64,000 bases of DNA, from IMG/VR virus record IMGVR_UViG_3300035665_000001, positions 1-64,000 of that record. One strand, written 5' to 3'. Position 1 is the stretch's first letter. Each line of letters opens with the position of its first letter. The position numbers and the translations under genes are program-made. Of this stretch, positions 9,953-19,514 are shown one piece after another. Under the pieces are notes generated by a model. That model saw nothing but the letters and a program-made list of their open reading frames with translations, was not told where the DNA came from and did not search any database.

Positions 9953-12137
9953 ATTTTTTCTCCATATCTAACCATACCATATCTATTTTTTCCTGTTTTT
10001 TAATAAATTCTGCATTTCTTTTAAATTCCATATTTTTATTATGTGTGAATGCAACTATATTACTAAGTATGTTATTAAATGTTGTTATAACATCATCAAA
10101 ATTTTCCTGTCCACTTGAAATGGTAAATTTATGAGTAATAGTATAATCAAACAAATCAGAAACAACACTAATATCTTGATTTATATCAAACGCTATAGTA
10201 ACAACAGTTTTGAATATATCTTTAACATTTGTGAGTTTATTATCAATATCAAGAATCAAAGTTTCACTATATTGCTTATTCAATATATGACTGTGTATCA
10301 TTCCATATAGTAATTTTGTTTCAATAAGTAAATAGCGATTATACATTTCCAATCTACTAATATCAAATATCTTATCTGTAAATTCTCGATCCCACTCTTT
10401 TACCAAGTGTGTTTGAAGCATTGTCAATAATGATTTATAATACGACAACAACTTATTTCTATCATCTACCGAATACCATTCAACATCACATTCGTAATCT
10501 ACAAATTCCTGAAAATGAGTGTTTAATGTACCAACAAAATTTCCACGCAGTAAATTCACATATCCCATATCAGTAGAAGCATCAGGAATATATTTTTTAA
10601 AGAATGGTAATCGATTATCAAAATAATCCTTATACCGCAAAATATATGCAGTGATAGTATCATCCAAATCAATGATGGAGGCGGTTAACTTATTCAACTC
10701 AATTTCTAGAACCTTATTATCAATTTCATGTGCTTCCTTTAGTGTCATCAATTCATTATATTTTTTATCCAAATCATTTTTTTCATTGGTATAAAAATTT
10801 ATTTTTGCCAATACAGCACTGTTATCAACATTTGCATTGATGAAATTTTTATCAATTTCATTTATCGCTACATTTAATTGTCTATTAAGTTCAACACCTA
10901 ACTTGGAATAAATTTCAAATTCAGCAACTTTCTCCCAATAAGTTTCAGTTGCATATTTTTTAGCTACTATATCATACGTTTGCTGTAATTCATCTAACAT
11001 CGTATCAAAGGCATCAACTATATGTTGATCGATTTTACCTAAATGCAGATTAGTGTAAAGGTATTTTAATTTCTCTAAGGTTATCTCTCTATACTTAAAA
11101 TATTTTTTCTCATCATCGCTAGTTACTACCAGAAGCAACACTTTTTTCTTATCGATAATAAGTTGATCAACCTCAGCAATGTATTTTTTTAGTTCATCTA
11201 CTTTTTTACTGGTCATTTTAAATAAAAATTCATTATTATTAAAAGTTTTATGTGATTGTAACCATAATAATGAATACTCTTTTACTGCTAACTCAATCGA
11301 AAAATTGTATTTCTTTGTTAATGTTTCATACCATTTATCAACTAATAAATCATAGACCTGGGTTGATGAAGTTTCTTCTAAAGTTTTTTTACCAAACATA
11401 ATACTTGAACCGTATGTCCAGTATGTTTCATATTCATCTTTAAACTCTTCAACTAAATCCTGATAAAATACCTCCGTTCTTTTTTCCCATTCCTCATACA
11501 GCATTCGCAAAGTAACAGAAAAAAATGTATGTGGTAATAATTCAGTTTTTATTTTAGATAACTCAACAACATGATCTTGAATATTCTTCTCATAATGAAC
11601 AAAATCATCAGTCACTTTTACCATAATATCGTGTAATGTATTGATTTCTTGTGTAGTATCAATAACATAATTGTCATTATAAAAATAATTGTTTTCAACC
11701 ACCTGTGATTGATAATACCTAATAAAATCGGTTATTTTTTGAATATCATCAGTTAAAATACTCAAATTATGACTAATAAACTCATTATCATCCATAGACA
11801 ATTTACGTTTCAATATAATTTTTTCTTTGTTTGAAACCAACGAATTTTTATTAATGATTAGTTCATTATACTGTTGTAGTATTGGTAGCCCATAAGTATC
11901 AAAATCAATGATAAATTTTGACAAATCATACAATGTCGTATGGAGCTCACTGTCTAAACGTTGTGTAGAATTTTTATGGTCGTTAATCGACATCACAGTT
12001 GCCTCATCCAACCCATAATTTTTAATGAAATCTTCTGATAAATTTTGAAAATAACTGTCTATTTTTGAGTTATATGGATACCCACTTATAAATTCAAGAT
12101 TTTGTCGTACATCAATTCTAACCATTGTATTCCCCAA
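9945..12137 (-). CDS. Hypothetical coiled-coil protein
   Basis: 730-aa ORF overlapping the start of the next gene; heptad-rich with no recognised motif. Confidence 0.75.
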   Translation of the reverse strand: MGNTMVRIDVRQNLEFISGYPYNSKIDSYFQNLSEDFIKNYGLDEATVMSINDHKNSTQRLDSELHTTLYDLSKFIIDFDTYGLPILQQYNELIINKNSLVSNKEKIILKRKLSMDDNEFISHNLSILTDDIQKITDFIRYYQSQVVENNYFYNDNYVIDTTQEINTLHDIMVKVTDDFVHYEKNIQDHVVELSKIKTELLPHTFFSVTLRMLYEEWEKRTEVFYQDLVEEFKDEYETYWTYGSSIMFGKKTLEETSSTQVYDLLVDKWYETLTKKYNFSIELAVKEYSLLWLQSHKTFNNNEFLFKMTSKKVDELKKYIAEVDQLIIDKKKVLLLVVTSDDEKKYFKYREITLEKLKYLYTNLHLGKIDQHIVDAFDTMLDELQQTYDIVAKKYATETYWEKVAEFEIYSKLGVELNRQLNVAINEIDKNFINANVDNSAVLAKINFYTNEKNDLDKKYNELMTLKEAHEIDNKVLEIELNKLTASIIDLDDTITAYILRYKDYFDNRLPFFKKYIPDASTDMGYVNLLRGNFVGTLNTHFQEFVDYECDVEWYSVDDRNKLLSYYKSLLTMLQTHLVKEWDREFTDKIFDISRLEMYNRYLLIETKLLYGMIHSHILNKQYSETLILDIDNKLTNVKDIFKTVVTIAFDINQDISVVSDLFDYTITHKFTISSGQENFDDVITTFNNILSNIVAFTHNKNMEFKRNAEFIKKQEKIDMVWLDMEKKYV

Positions 12138-12210
12138 CTAACGTGATACTGTTTATTTTAAGTCTTATAAATTTTTAACTTTTTATTATTTATGACCTTA
12201 AACATTAAAA

Positions 12211-13153
12211 GAAAAAATTGCGGAAATAAATAAATTAAAATACAAAAAAGAGAAAAATACCTGTATGAAATTAAAATATTTGGAAGAAAGTTATGATTGA
12301 TATTAACAATACTACAATAGAAACCGGAACTCCAGAAGTTGAAAAGTTCTTCTCAATTGAAGCTAAAAATAGAAATATATCAACATTAGAGAAAATAAAT
12401 TTTACTAATGCTGATTTAATGGAAATTTTAAATATTTCAGAAGAAATAGAACATCACCCATTAAGTAAAAATTTTTACACATATTTGATTGCTAGTAGAG
12501 ATGATAATTTCATTTTTTCAAATTTAGTCTTTATAAATTTTTTAAAAAAAGGTAAATTACCAATAAAAACACTAACTAAACTATTTAATAATACAGAGGA
12601 TTTATCAGAAAAAAACAAATATGATTGGTTGGATTATACTACATATCATTTTCCTCATTGGTTTCCAGATAATTATGATTTAATTCAACTAAATATTTTC
12701 AAACATCCATTCAACAAATTGGTAGCTACAAATTTAATTGAGTTTGTTTCCAGTAAAGACGTATCAAAACTGATAATATCAATTTTTAATTCTCTTGATG
12801 AAAATGAATTTGTTGGAATTTTTAAAAAAAATTTATCTAACTTTAAATCCAATTCTGAGTTAGCATTGTTTCTTTCAAAATGTGAAAATTCTCCAAAAGA
12901 TATTTTACAAATATGTTATGATCTTTTAAAACGTGATGACGACAAAGAACTAATTGGAACACATAAAAATTGTCCAAAACCAATAAAAATCGAATTATTT
13001 AAAAAAACACAAGATATAAAATTCTTACCAGATCATGTAAAAGATATGTTTTTATTTTAAACGAAAAAATTGCGCAAATGACGTAAATAAATACATTAAA
13101 ATACAAAAAAGGGAAAATACCTGTATGAAATTAAAATATTTGATAGAAAGTTA
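12211..13153 (+). repeat. Imperfect ~85-bp direct repeat (12211-12293 and 13063-13153) flanking a gene
   Basis: Both copies contain ATTAAAATACAAAAAA...AAAATACCTGTATGAAATTAAAATATTTG..AGAAAGTTA. Confidence 0.9.
12293..13060 (+). CDS. Hypothetical protein
   Basis: 255-aa ORF; C-terminal 'ENSPKDIL / HKNCPKPI' resembles short helical (LRV-like) repeats. Confidence 0.7.
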   Translation: MIDINNTTIETGTPEVEKFFSIEAKNRNISTLEKINFTNADLMEILNISEEIEHHPLSKNFYTYLIASRDDNFIFSNLVFINFLKKGKLPIKTLTKLFNNTEDLSEKNKYDWLDYTTYHFPHWFPDNYDLIQLNIFKHPFNKLVATNLIEFVSSKDVSKLIISIFNSLDENEFVGIFKKNLSNFKSNSELALFLSKCENSPKDILQICYDLLKRDDDKELIGTHKNCPKPIKIELFKKTQDIKFLPDHVKDMFLF

Positions 13154-13475
13154 CACACATAAAATTTCTATATACCCAATAATCAGTGTTATCTATGATG
13201 GTGAAGTACAAGCAGAATACGAGTTTAAAGATGATGGTCAAGTTATCGAAATACAAGTATGTCTTCGCCCAGATGAAGGTGTAGTTAGTGATAAATTTGT
13301 CCAGTCGTTTATGAACGATATTAAATTTGATGAATTGGGTCCACTAAGAGATAAGGCATTTGAAAAATTCAAAGGAGAAAAATTCTTAGTCGACCCAGAA
13401 AAACTAACTAAAGAAAAGGTACAAATAAAATCATCAAAAGGTTGGGAATACGCAGAAGAAGAAAAAAAAGATTAA
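13125..13475 (+). CDS. Hypothetical protein, possible internal head protein
   Basis: Starts MKLKYLIES (LxE leader motif). Confidence 0.7.
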   Translation: MKLKYLIESYTHKISIYPIISVIYDGEVQAEYEFKDDGQVIEIQVCLRPDEGVVSDKFVQSFMNDIKFDELGPLRDKAFEKFKGEKFLVDPEKLTKEKVQIKSSKGWEYAEEEKKD

Positions 13476-13482
13476 AACTACA

Positions 13483-14307
13483 TTATAAAACATTTTCTAG
13501 ATCTGGTCTTTCCTCTGCAGTGGGTAGAGTGATGTTCAATACAACATATAATACACCATCACTCAAACCCTTCTTAACACGCATTTTTTGACCATGTTTT
13601 GTATTTTGTGGAACTTTAATTTTGAAAACATCACCAAAAAAATTAATTTCTTTTTGCCCACCAAAAATTGCAGTTTTTAAATCAATAGTTTCCATAATAA
13701 AAATATCATTATTTTCAATAGTCATATTGTTTGGTGGTGTTATTTTAATAGTGATGTAAACATTACCAACGCGACCATTCATACTTCTTCCTTTACCTGA
13801 AACCCGCATTTTTGTACCATTCTTGATTCCAGCTGGAATAGTCAATTTTATATTTTCACCATTGATTTCAGTCGTAATATAATCACCATTAACTGCTGTT
13901 TCTAATGGGATAGCAACATCAACATGTATATCTAAATTGGCCTGTGGTCTAGGTGTTTCAAATGGTGAACCGCCACCAAAACTAAATGAACTACCACCAG
14001 CTCCACCACCAAACATATTTCTAAGCATTTCATCAATATCCATACCAGATGATCTATGATATTGATGAAAACCTTGTCCAGTGCCCTTGTTAAACATAGA
14101 ATCGCCACGCATATCATACTGAGATTTTTTCTCAGCATTGCCTAACACTTCATATGCGGCAGCAATTTCTTTAAATTTTTCCTCAGCATCTGGACTTTTA
14201 TTTCTATCGGGGTGATACTTATTCGCTAATTTTCTATAAGATTTTTTTATTTCATCAGCACTTGCATTTTCACTAACACCGAGAATACTATATAAACTTT
14301 TAGCCAT
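13483..14307 (-). CDS. cbpA: J-domain co-chaperone, CbpA/type II DnaJ
   Basis: J domain with HPD (KYHPDRN), G/F-rich linker, DnaJ C-terminal domain, no zinc finger. Confidence 0.9.
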   Translation of the reverse strand: MAKSLYSILGVSENASADEIKKSYRKLANKYHPDRNKSPDAEEKFKEIAAAYEVLGNAEKKSQYDMRGDSMFNKGTGQGFHQYHRSSGMDIDEMLRNMFGGGAGGSSFSFGGGSPFETPRPQANLDIHVDVAIPLETAVNGDYITTEINGENIKLTIPAGIKNGTKMRVSGKGRSMNGRVGNVYITIKITPPNNMTIENNDIFIMETIDLKTAIFGGQKEINFFGDVFKIKVPQNTKHGQKMRVKKGLSDGVLYVVLNITLPTAEERPDLENVL

Positions 14308-14309
14308 AA

Positions 14310-14786
14310 TTATTTTCCTTGAATAATAACCATTGCAGCACGTAATAATCTGCCGTTTAAAATGTAACCTTTTCTAAGTACCTCTACGATTGAATTATCA
14401 TCCAACCCATTATCAACTTTCGCAATTGCTTCATGAAAATTAGGATCAAATTTTTCAGTATTAATTTCCTCAACACCATGTTTTTTCAAAGTATTAAGTA
14501 AACCCTTATAAAGTAATCCAACACCAACCCTAACATCATCTGGCATATCAACTTTCAATGAATTCTCAAAATTGTCCAAGGTTTCGAGCAAATCTTTTGA
14601 AAATCGTTCATTAGAAAATCTAACAGCATCTTCTTTTTCACGTTGTAATCGATTTTTAAAATTTTGAGAATCGGATAGTGCTCGATAATATTTGTCTTTA
14701 TATTCATTTACTTCATTGGTTAACTTTTCAAAAGTTTCGGGTGTATTTTCTAATACATCATCTTCATTCATCATATTTGTTCTCAC
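14310..14786 (-). CDS. grpE: Nucleotide exchange factor GrpE
   Basis: FDPNFHEAI...[18 protein letters not shown] GrpE signature; lies between dnaK and the J protein. Confidence 0.95.
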   Translation of the reverse strand: MRTNMMNEDDVLENTPETFEKLTNEVNEYKDKYYRALSDSQNFKNRLQREKEDAVRFSNERFSKDLLETLDNFENSLKVDMPDDVRVGVGLLYKGLLNTLKKHGVEEINTEKFDPNFHEAIAKVDNGLDDNSIVEVLRKGYILNGRLLRAAMVIIQGK

Positions 14787-14797
14787 AGTTTGAAATT

Positions 14798-14821
14798 GGG
14801 GACAAAACTTAATTTGTCCCC
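14798..14821 (-). terminator. Stem-loop between dnaK and grpE (attenuator or stabiliser)
   Basis: GGGGACAAA-N6-TTTGTCCCC inverted repeat with a weak U tail. Confidence 0.5.
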
Positions 14822-14834
14822 ATAAAATTAAAAT

Positions 14835-16124
14835 TTAGTGTTCAATTTCCGCCTCAAGAAAATCATCATCTGGCATAGATGCTGAATAGGTTTGATTATC
14901 CTGATTTTGCGATGCCTCATGCAACTTCGTACCAATTTCCTGGAACTTATTCATCAAAGTTTCATGAATTTTTTTAAGATCGGAAACAGTTGATGTTTCG
15001 TTACCTACCAATTCCTTTGCAGAATCAATAACAGATTTTAATTCGGCTGTATCTAAGGCTTCATTTTCCTTAATAAACTTTTCTGCCTGATTAATCGTAC
15101 CATCAATTGAGTTTGTAATACTAATTTTTTCAAGCTTATCTTTATTTCGAATGTTTGATTCCTCCGCATCTGCAACCATTTTAGAAATTTCATCATCAGT
15201 TAACGTACCACTACCAGTAATAGTGATTGAATTAGCTTTCCCCGTAGATAAATCTTTTGCAGAAACAGAAAGAATACCATTGGTATCAATATCCATCTTA
15301 ATTTCAATTTGAGGAACACCTCGTGGTGCAGGAGCAATTCCACCCAATTCAAATGTTCCTAACTGCTTATTATCAGAAAATAACTGTGCCTCTCCAGTAG
15401 CAATCATGACAGATACCGCAGGTTGGTTATCAGCCGCCGTTGAAAACACCTGTTTTGCAGATGTAGGAATAGTTGTACCTTTTTCAACCAGTTTAGTCAT
15501 CACACCACCCATAGTTTCAATTCCTAAAGATAATGGTGTGACGTCCAATAAAACAATATCATCAACATCACCTGCTAATACACCTCCTTGAATAGCAGCA
15601 CCTGCAGCAACCACTTCATCGGGGTTGACAGTATTATTCAAGATTTTACCATTAAAAAACTCAGAAACTTTTGTTTTTACTAATGGAATACGAGTTGAAC
15701 CACCAACCATTACAACTTCCTGGATTTTTGATTTATCTAACCCAGCCTGTTTCAAAGCATCTTTGATATGGGTGAGAATTTCATCAACCATTGGTTCAAT
15801 CATAGAATCTAATTTAGCTCTAGTCACTTTCGAAATCAAATGTTTTGGACCTGAAGCATCAGCAGTAATGTATGGTAAATTAATTTCAGTTTCCATAGTT
15901 GCAGAAAGTTCTTTTTTTGCTTTTTCAGCAGAATCCATTAAACGTTGCATAGCAAGTGCATCATTAGATAAATCCATACCAGTATCAGATTTAAATTGAG
16001 AAATTAAGTATCCCATAATCGCCTGGTCTACGTCCTTACCACCCATAAAAGCATTACCATCGGTTGATAAAACTTCAAATGTTCCTTCTTCACCAACATC
16101 AATAACTGAAATATCTAATGTTCC
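14835..16124 (-). CDS. dnaK: DnaK (Hsp70), exon 2
   Basis: GTLDISV...VVMVGGSTRIP...NPDEVVAAGAAIQG...LLDVTPLSLGIET...PAPRGVPQIE. 429 aa after the splice junction. Confidence 0.95.
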   Translation of the reverse strand, partial: GTLDISVIDVGEEGTFEVLSTDGNAFMGGKDVDQAIMGYLISQFKSDTGMDLSNDALAMQRLMDSAEKAKKELSATMETEINLPYITADASGPKHLISKVTRAKLDSMIEPMVDEILTHIKDALKQAGLDKSKIQEVVMVGGSTRIPLVKTKVSEFFNGKILNNTVNPDEVVAAGAAIQGGVLAGDVDDIVLLDVTPLSLGIETMGGVMTKLVEKGTTIPTSAKQVFSTAADNQPAVSVMIATGEAQLFSDNKQLGTFELGGIAPAPRGVPQIEIKMDIDTNGILSVSAKDLSTGKANSITITGSGTLTDDEISKMVADAEESNIRNKDKLEKISITNSIDGTINQAEKFIKENEALDTAELKSVIDSAKELVGNETSTVSDLKKIHETLMNKFQEIGTKLHEASQNQDNQTYSASMPDDDFLEAEIEH

Positions 16125-16457
16125 CGATTTGTTATCGTAGGGGAATTTAACCCCCACTTCTAATAGTTTCCTATTAGTCCAGACTATATCTTAGTTTGTT
16201 AATTTTCAAACCTTCCGCACTCTTGGAGTTTTACCTTCTTCAGCATTATCTGGTCAGAATCCATACTCTAGTCGTTGAACCTTGAACTTATTTCTAAGTC
16301 CCTTGGCTGCTGATTTTCCAATCTTAACCCTTTTCAAACCATTATCCCTATCTTCACAGATTTGATTGTGGTGTGTTAAGCTCTAAGGACGTCCCAGCAA
16401 TTCACGGAATTTTTTTAAACTGGAGGCTTGTTATGCTGCTACTGCAGCCAATAGTTC
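16125..16457 (-). ncRNA. Group I self-splicing intron (333 nt, no ORF) in dnaK
   Basis: Exon ends in U (GGT GGT|) and intron ends in G (..AAATCG|GGA ACA). Core elements in order: GAATTGCTGGGA (P), AATCAGCAGCC (Q), GTTCAACGACTAGA (R), AAGATATAGTCT (S). Removal restores DFGG-GTLD. Confidence 0.92.
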
Positions 16458-17048
16458 ACCACCAAAATCCACAACACAAATGGTTTCATCTTTTTTCTTA
16501 TCAATACCATACGCTAATGCTGCTGCAGTAGGTTCGTTAATAATACGTAACACATTAAGACCGGCAATTTTACCAGCATCCTGTGTTGCTTTACGTTGTG
16601 AATCATTAAAGTAAGCAGGAACAGTAATAACTGCATCAGTAACAGTTGTACCTAAATATGCCTCAGCATCCACTTTTAATTTTGAAAGAATCTTAGCAGA
16701 AATCTCTTGAGGCGTGTAAGTCTTACCATCAATCTCAACAGCGGCAGCACCATTTCTATCTACAATGTTGTATTGTACTTTAGTTTTTGCTTCCTCAGTT
16801 TTTTTCTCATTACTCATTAAACCCATAATACGTTTAACAGCTTCAATTGTTTTATGGGGGTTTGTTACTGCCTGACGTTTTGCAGACTCACCAACCAAAA
16901 CTTCATCACCTGCAAAAGCCACAATTGATGGAGTAGTATTATTACCCTCACGATTTGGGATAATTTTTGACGTTCCATTTTCATAAATGGAAATACAACT
17001 ATTAGTGGTTCCTAAATCTAAACCAAGCACAATTTGTTTTTTACTCAT
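16458..17048 (-). CDS. dnaK: DnaK (Hsp70), exon 1
   Basis: [54 protein letters not shown]. 197 aa; spliced product 626 aa. Confidence 0.95.
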
Positions 17049-17074
17049 AATATTTTCCTCATTAAGCTAAATTA

Positions 17075-17872
17075 TTAATTAATGTATTTTTTTTCAATAA
17101 TTGGTTTGAAAAATTGTATCCAACTTTCTCTATTCCAATTGGTTTTCGAATGACAGCTATTACATAACACTATCAAATTTTTTTCATCTGAGTTTTGTTT
17201 ATTATAATCTATATGATGAATGTGTAGTTTTGATGTAATTTCAAAACGGTTACACAGTTGGCATTGTAAATTATCACGAACCTTTATCAGATATTTCTTT
17301 TGCTTATTAAAGCCTACATCGTATTCACCAAAACTTAAACCACCTTGCCAATTATGATGATATTGTAGTTTTGGTGTATTCTGGTTTTGTTTTAAAAACC
17401 CAGTATCATCATAAGATCTTTTACCTTTCCTTGAATCAGAAGCCCATTGCTTATATTCATCGGTATGTTCTTTACCAAAAAAAGGATTTTTTTCACCAAT
17501 TCTCGGATTATCTTTCAAATACATTTTCAATGAATTTGAAATTTTACTCGATACCATAGGATCACATGATGGATTGTTTTTTCCAGAAAAACGGTCTGAC
17601 ATAGTTTTTCTTAATTCAGCAGCTCTATCACGTCCAATTCGATCTTCCCAACTGATTGTTTTTTGCCAATTAATTTGACATTTTTTAGAACAATATCGCC
17701 TTTTTTCAGATCCAACCCTTAATAATCCTTTTCGTGGTCCAGTTTTAACAATTTTTAATTGTATCACCACACCACAAAATTCACAGTTTTTAATATCAAA
17801 TAATTTATGGTCCATATAACATTTCCTAAAATGTATATTACTATACATTATTTTAATGAACATATGATCCAT
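17075..17872 (-). CDS. Free-standing HNH homing endonuclease with NUMOD3-like DNA-binding motifs
   Basis: GEKNPFFGKEHT (NUMOD3-like); CQLC...LHIHHIDYNKQNSDEKNLIVLCNSCHSKT (HNH). Confidence 0.85.
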   Translation of the reverse strand: MDHMFIKIMYSNIHFRKCYMDHKLFDIKNCEFCGVVIQLKIVKTGPRKGLLRVGSEKRRYCSKKCQINWQKTISWEDRIGRDRAAELRKTMSDRFSGKNNPSCDPMVSSKISNSLKMYLKDNPRIGEKNPFFGKEHTDEYKQWASDSRKGKRSYDDTGFLKQNQNTPKLQYHHNWQGGLSFGEYDVGFNKQKKYLIKVRDNLQCQLCNRFEITSKLHIHHIDYNKQNSDEKNLIVLCNSCHSKTNWNRESWIQFFKPIIEKKYIN

Positions 17873-17897
17873 TTATACCACTGTTTTTAATATCCAG

Positions 17898-18395
17898 TTA
17901 AATAAAATTTTCGGGATATTTGTCAATAACATCGGATACTATGTTATACGGCAATATTTCACCAAATCGCAACTGTATTGATCGATATTCCAAAATATCA
18001 AAAAAATCGTTATACTTGATAAAATTATTAGTTAAGTATATGGCAATTAATAAATTTTTATTTGAATATTTACCTTTTAAAAAATGAAAATCATCATTCC
18101 TGGATCGAATAACATCAACTACTGAATAGTAAATAATTGATAATTCTTCTGGAAACTGTTTAGGTCCTCCAAATCTATCCTTTAACAATATATCACTTTC
18201 AATATCATAAATTACATCCGAACGCATAGTTAAATTGCGATTTGATAATTTTGTTTCACGCACATTTGGTTTATAAACTTTAAAAATAAGATAATCGCCA
18301 AATTTTATATTTGGAATATCACCATAGTCAAATGTATCACCAAATTGCTGTCTTACAGCAAAAATTGCCAATGACATTGATAATCCTCTCTTCAA
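17898..18395 (-). CDS. Hypothetical protein
   Basis: ORF track; start uncertain; ends KYPENFI. Confidence 0.65.
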   Translation of the reverse strand: MKRGLSMSLAIFAVRQQFGDTFDYGDIPNIKFGDYLIFKVYKPNVRETKLSNRNLTMRSDVIYDIESDILLKDRFGGPKQFPEELSIIYYSVVDVIRSRNDDFHFLKGKYSNKNLLIAIYLTNNFIKYNDFFDILEYRSIQLRFGEILPYNIVSDVIDKYPENFI

Positions 18396-18415
18396 AAAAA
18401 AATTATACCAAAATT

Positions 18416-18835
18416 TTATTTAATTGGAATGTAATGAATCTCTTTTTCTTTTATAGTTGGAGTTACAACAACTCTTAATATACCATCAATAATTTCTGCA
18501 TCAATTTTATCAACTGGAAACATTAAACTATAGGCAACATCAAAATTTCTTTTTGCAATATCACGTTTGATATATTCTCGACCATCATCAATATTTTCAT
18601 CGGATTTTGAACCCATAATTCGCAATGAATCTTCGGACAATTCAATTTTGATATCTTCTTTTGAAAACCCAGCAACTGCAATTTCTAAATGGGCAATGCC
18701 ATCTTTAGTATAAACGTCGGTCAATGGATATTTACTGACTGCTTTAGTATTAGTAAACACCTGTCCAAAAAACTCATTGACAGCATCTTCTAAAACAGCA
18801 TTAGCGGGGTAAAAATGTATATTTCTTGTTCTCAT
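18416..18835 (-). CDS. Small heat-shock protein (Hsp20/IbpA-like)
   Basis: YPLTDV...LEIAVAGFSKEDIKIEL...YIKRDIAKRNF...AEIIDGILRV alpha-crystallin domain; ATG 18835 is 7 nt after AGGAG. Confidence 0.92.
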   Translation of the reverse strand: MRTRNIHFYPANAVLEDAVNEFFGQVFTNTKAVSKYPLTDVYTKDGIAHLEIAVAGFSKEDIKIELSEDSLRIMGSKSDENIDDGREYIKRDIAKRNFDVAYSLMFPVDKIDAEIIDGILRVVVTPTIKEKEIHYIPIK

Positions 18836-18841
18836 AATCAA

Positions 18842-18860
18842 ACTCCTTGGTTAAGCAAAT
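18842..18860 (-). promoter_or_regulatory. ROSE-like RNA thermometer hairpin over the hsp20 SD
   Basis: AUUUGCUU-AACC-AAGGAGU: the U(U/C)GCU motif pairs with the SD with a bulged G. Confidence 0.6.
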
Positions 18861-19465
18861 TTATTTTATAATTTTTGTGCAATTCACAAAAATTTTGAAT
18901 TTTTGAGAGGAATATTATTTTTTTAGTAGATTGTCTCAATCTTTACAATTGAGAAACTTTAGACATTTCGTTACGAAAAATGATTTTATGTAATCCAAAA
19001 TAAAATAAACACCATAATAGTCGATTATTATATTTTTATTTTTAACAATAACAAAATTTGTCTATTGTACACAATACAGAACTTAAAAAAATTAACATTC
19101 TTATTTTAAATGAACTAACACAAACCTAAAGATTGGTGTCCACCAATGCTCGTTTCCAAGACTTACAAGGATTAAGATTGATCTTTATGATAACTAAAAA
19201 AATCAATCATGGTCTTTAGTTCAATAGACCATCAATTAAAAATCATAATTACTAATTTGTTAAAATTATACAATGAATTTTTAAGAAAATAAATCATTTT
19301 CAAAAATTATTTAATAATTACCTATACAATAATGTAATTTAGGTTAAACAAATTAATATCCCTTTTTAAATATTATACTATATCAAGGGGTGATTTACAT
19401 TCTATTTTTATTTATATCGGTAATTTTTTTCATTACCCTATCATTTTAAAAAAATTATACAATAA

Positions 19466-19495
19466 ATTTTGGGAAATTTTAAAATTTCCCAAAAT
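19466..19495. terminator. Perfect palindrome downstream of the acidic repeat gene
   Basis: ATTTTGGGAAATTTTAAAATTTCCCAAAAT is self-complementary. Confidence 0.55.
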
Positions 19496-19514
19496 AATTT
19501 TAAAAATTTGTTTT

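Noticed and set aside
14835-17048. dnaK as a pseudogene or two independent ORFs
   Set aside because: The gap has group I intron core motifs and exact splice boundaries that restore the conserved motif. The ORF-track ends ELLAAVAA and MGVKFPYDNKS are intron sequence.
18860-19510. tRNA genes in the long intergenic region
   Set aside because: No cloverleaf or T-loop GTTCRA motif seen.
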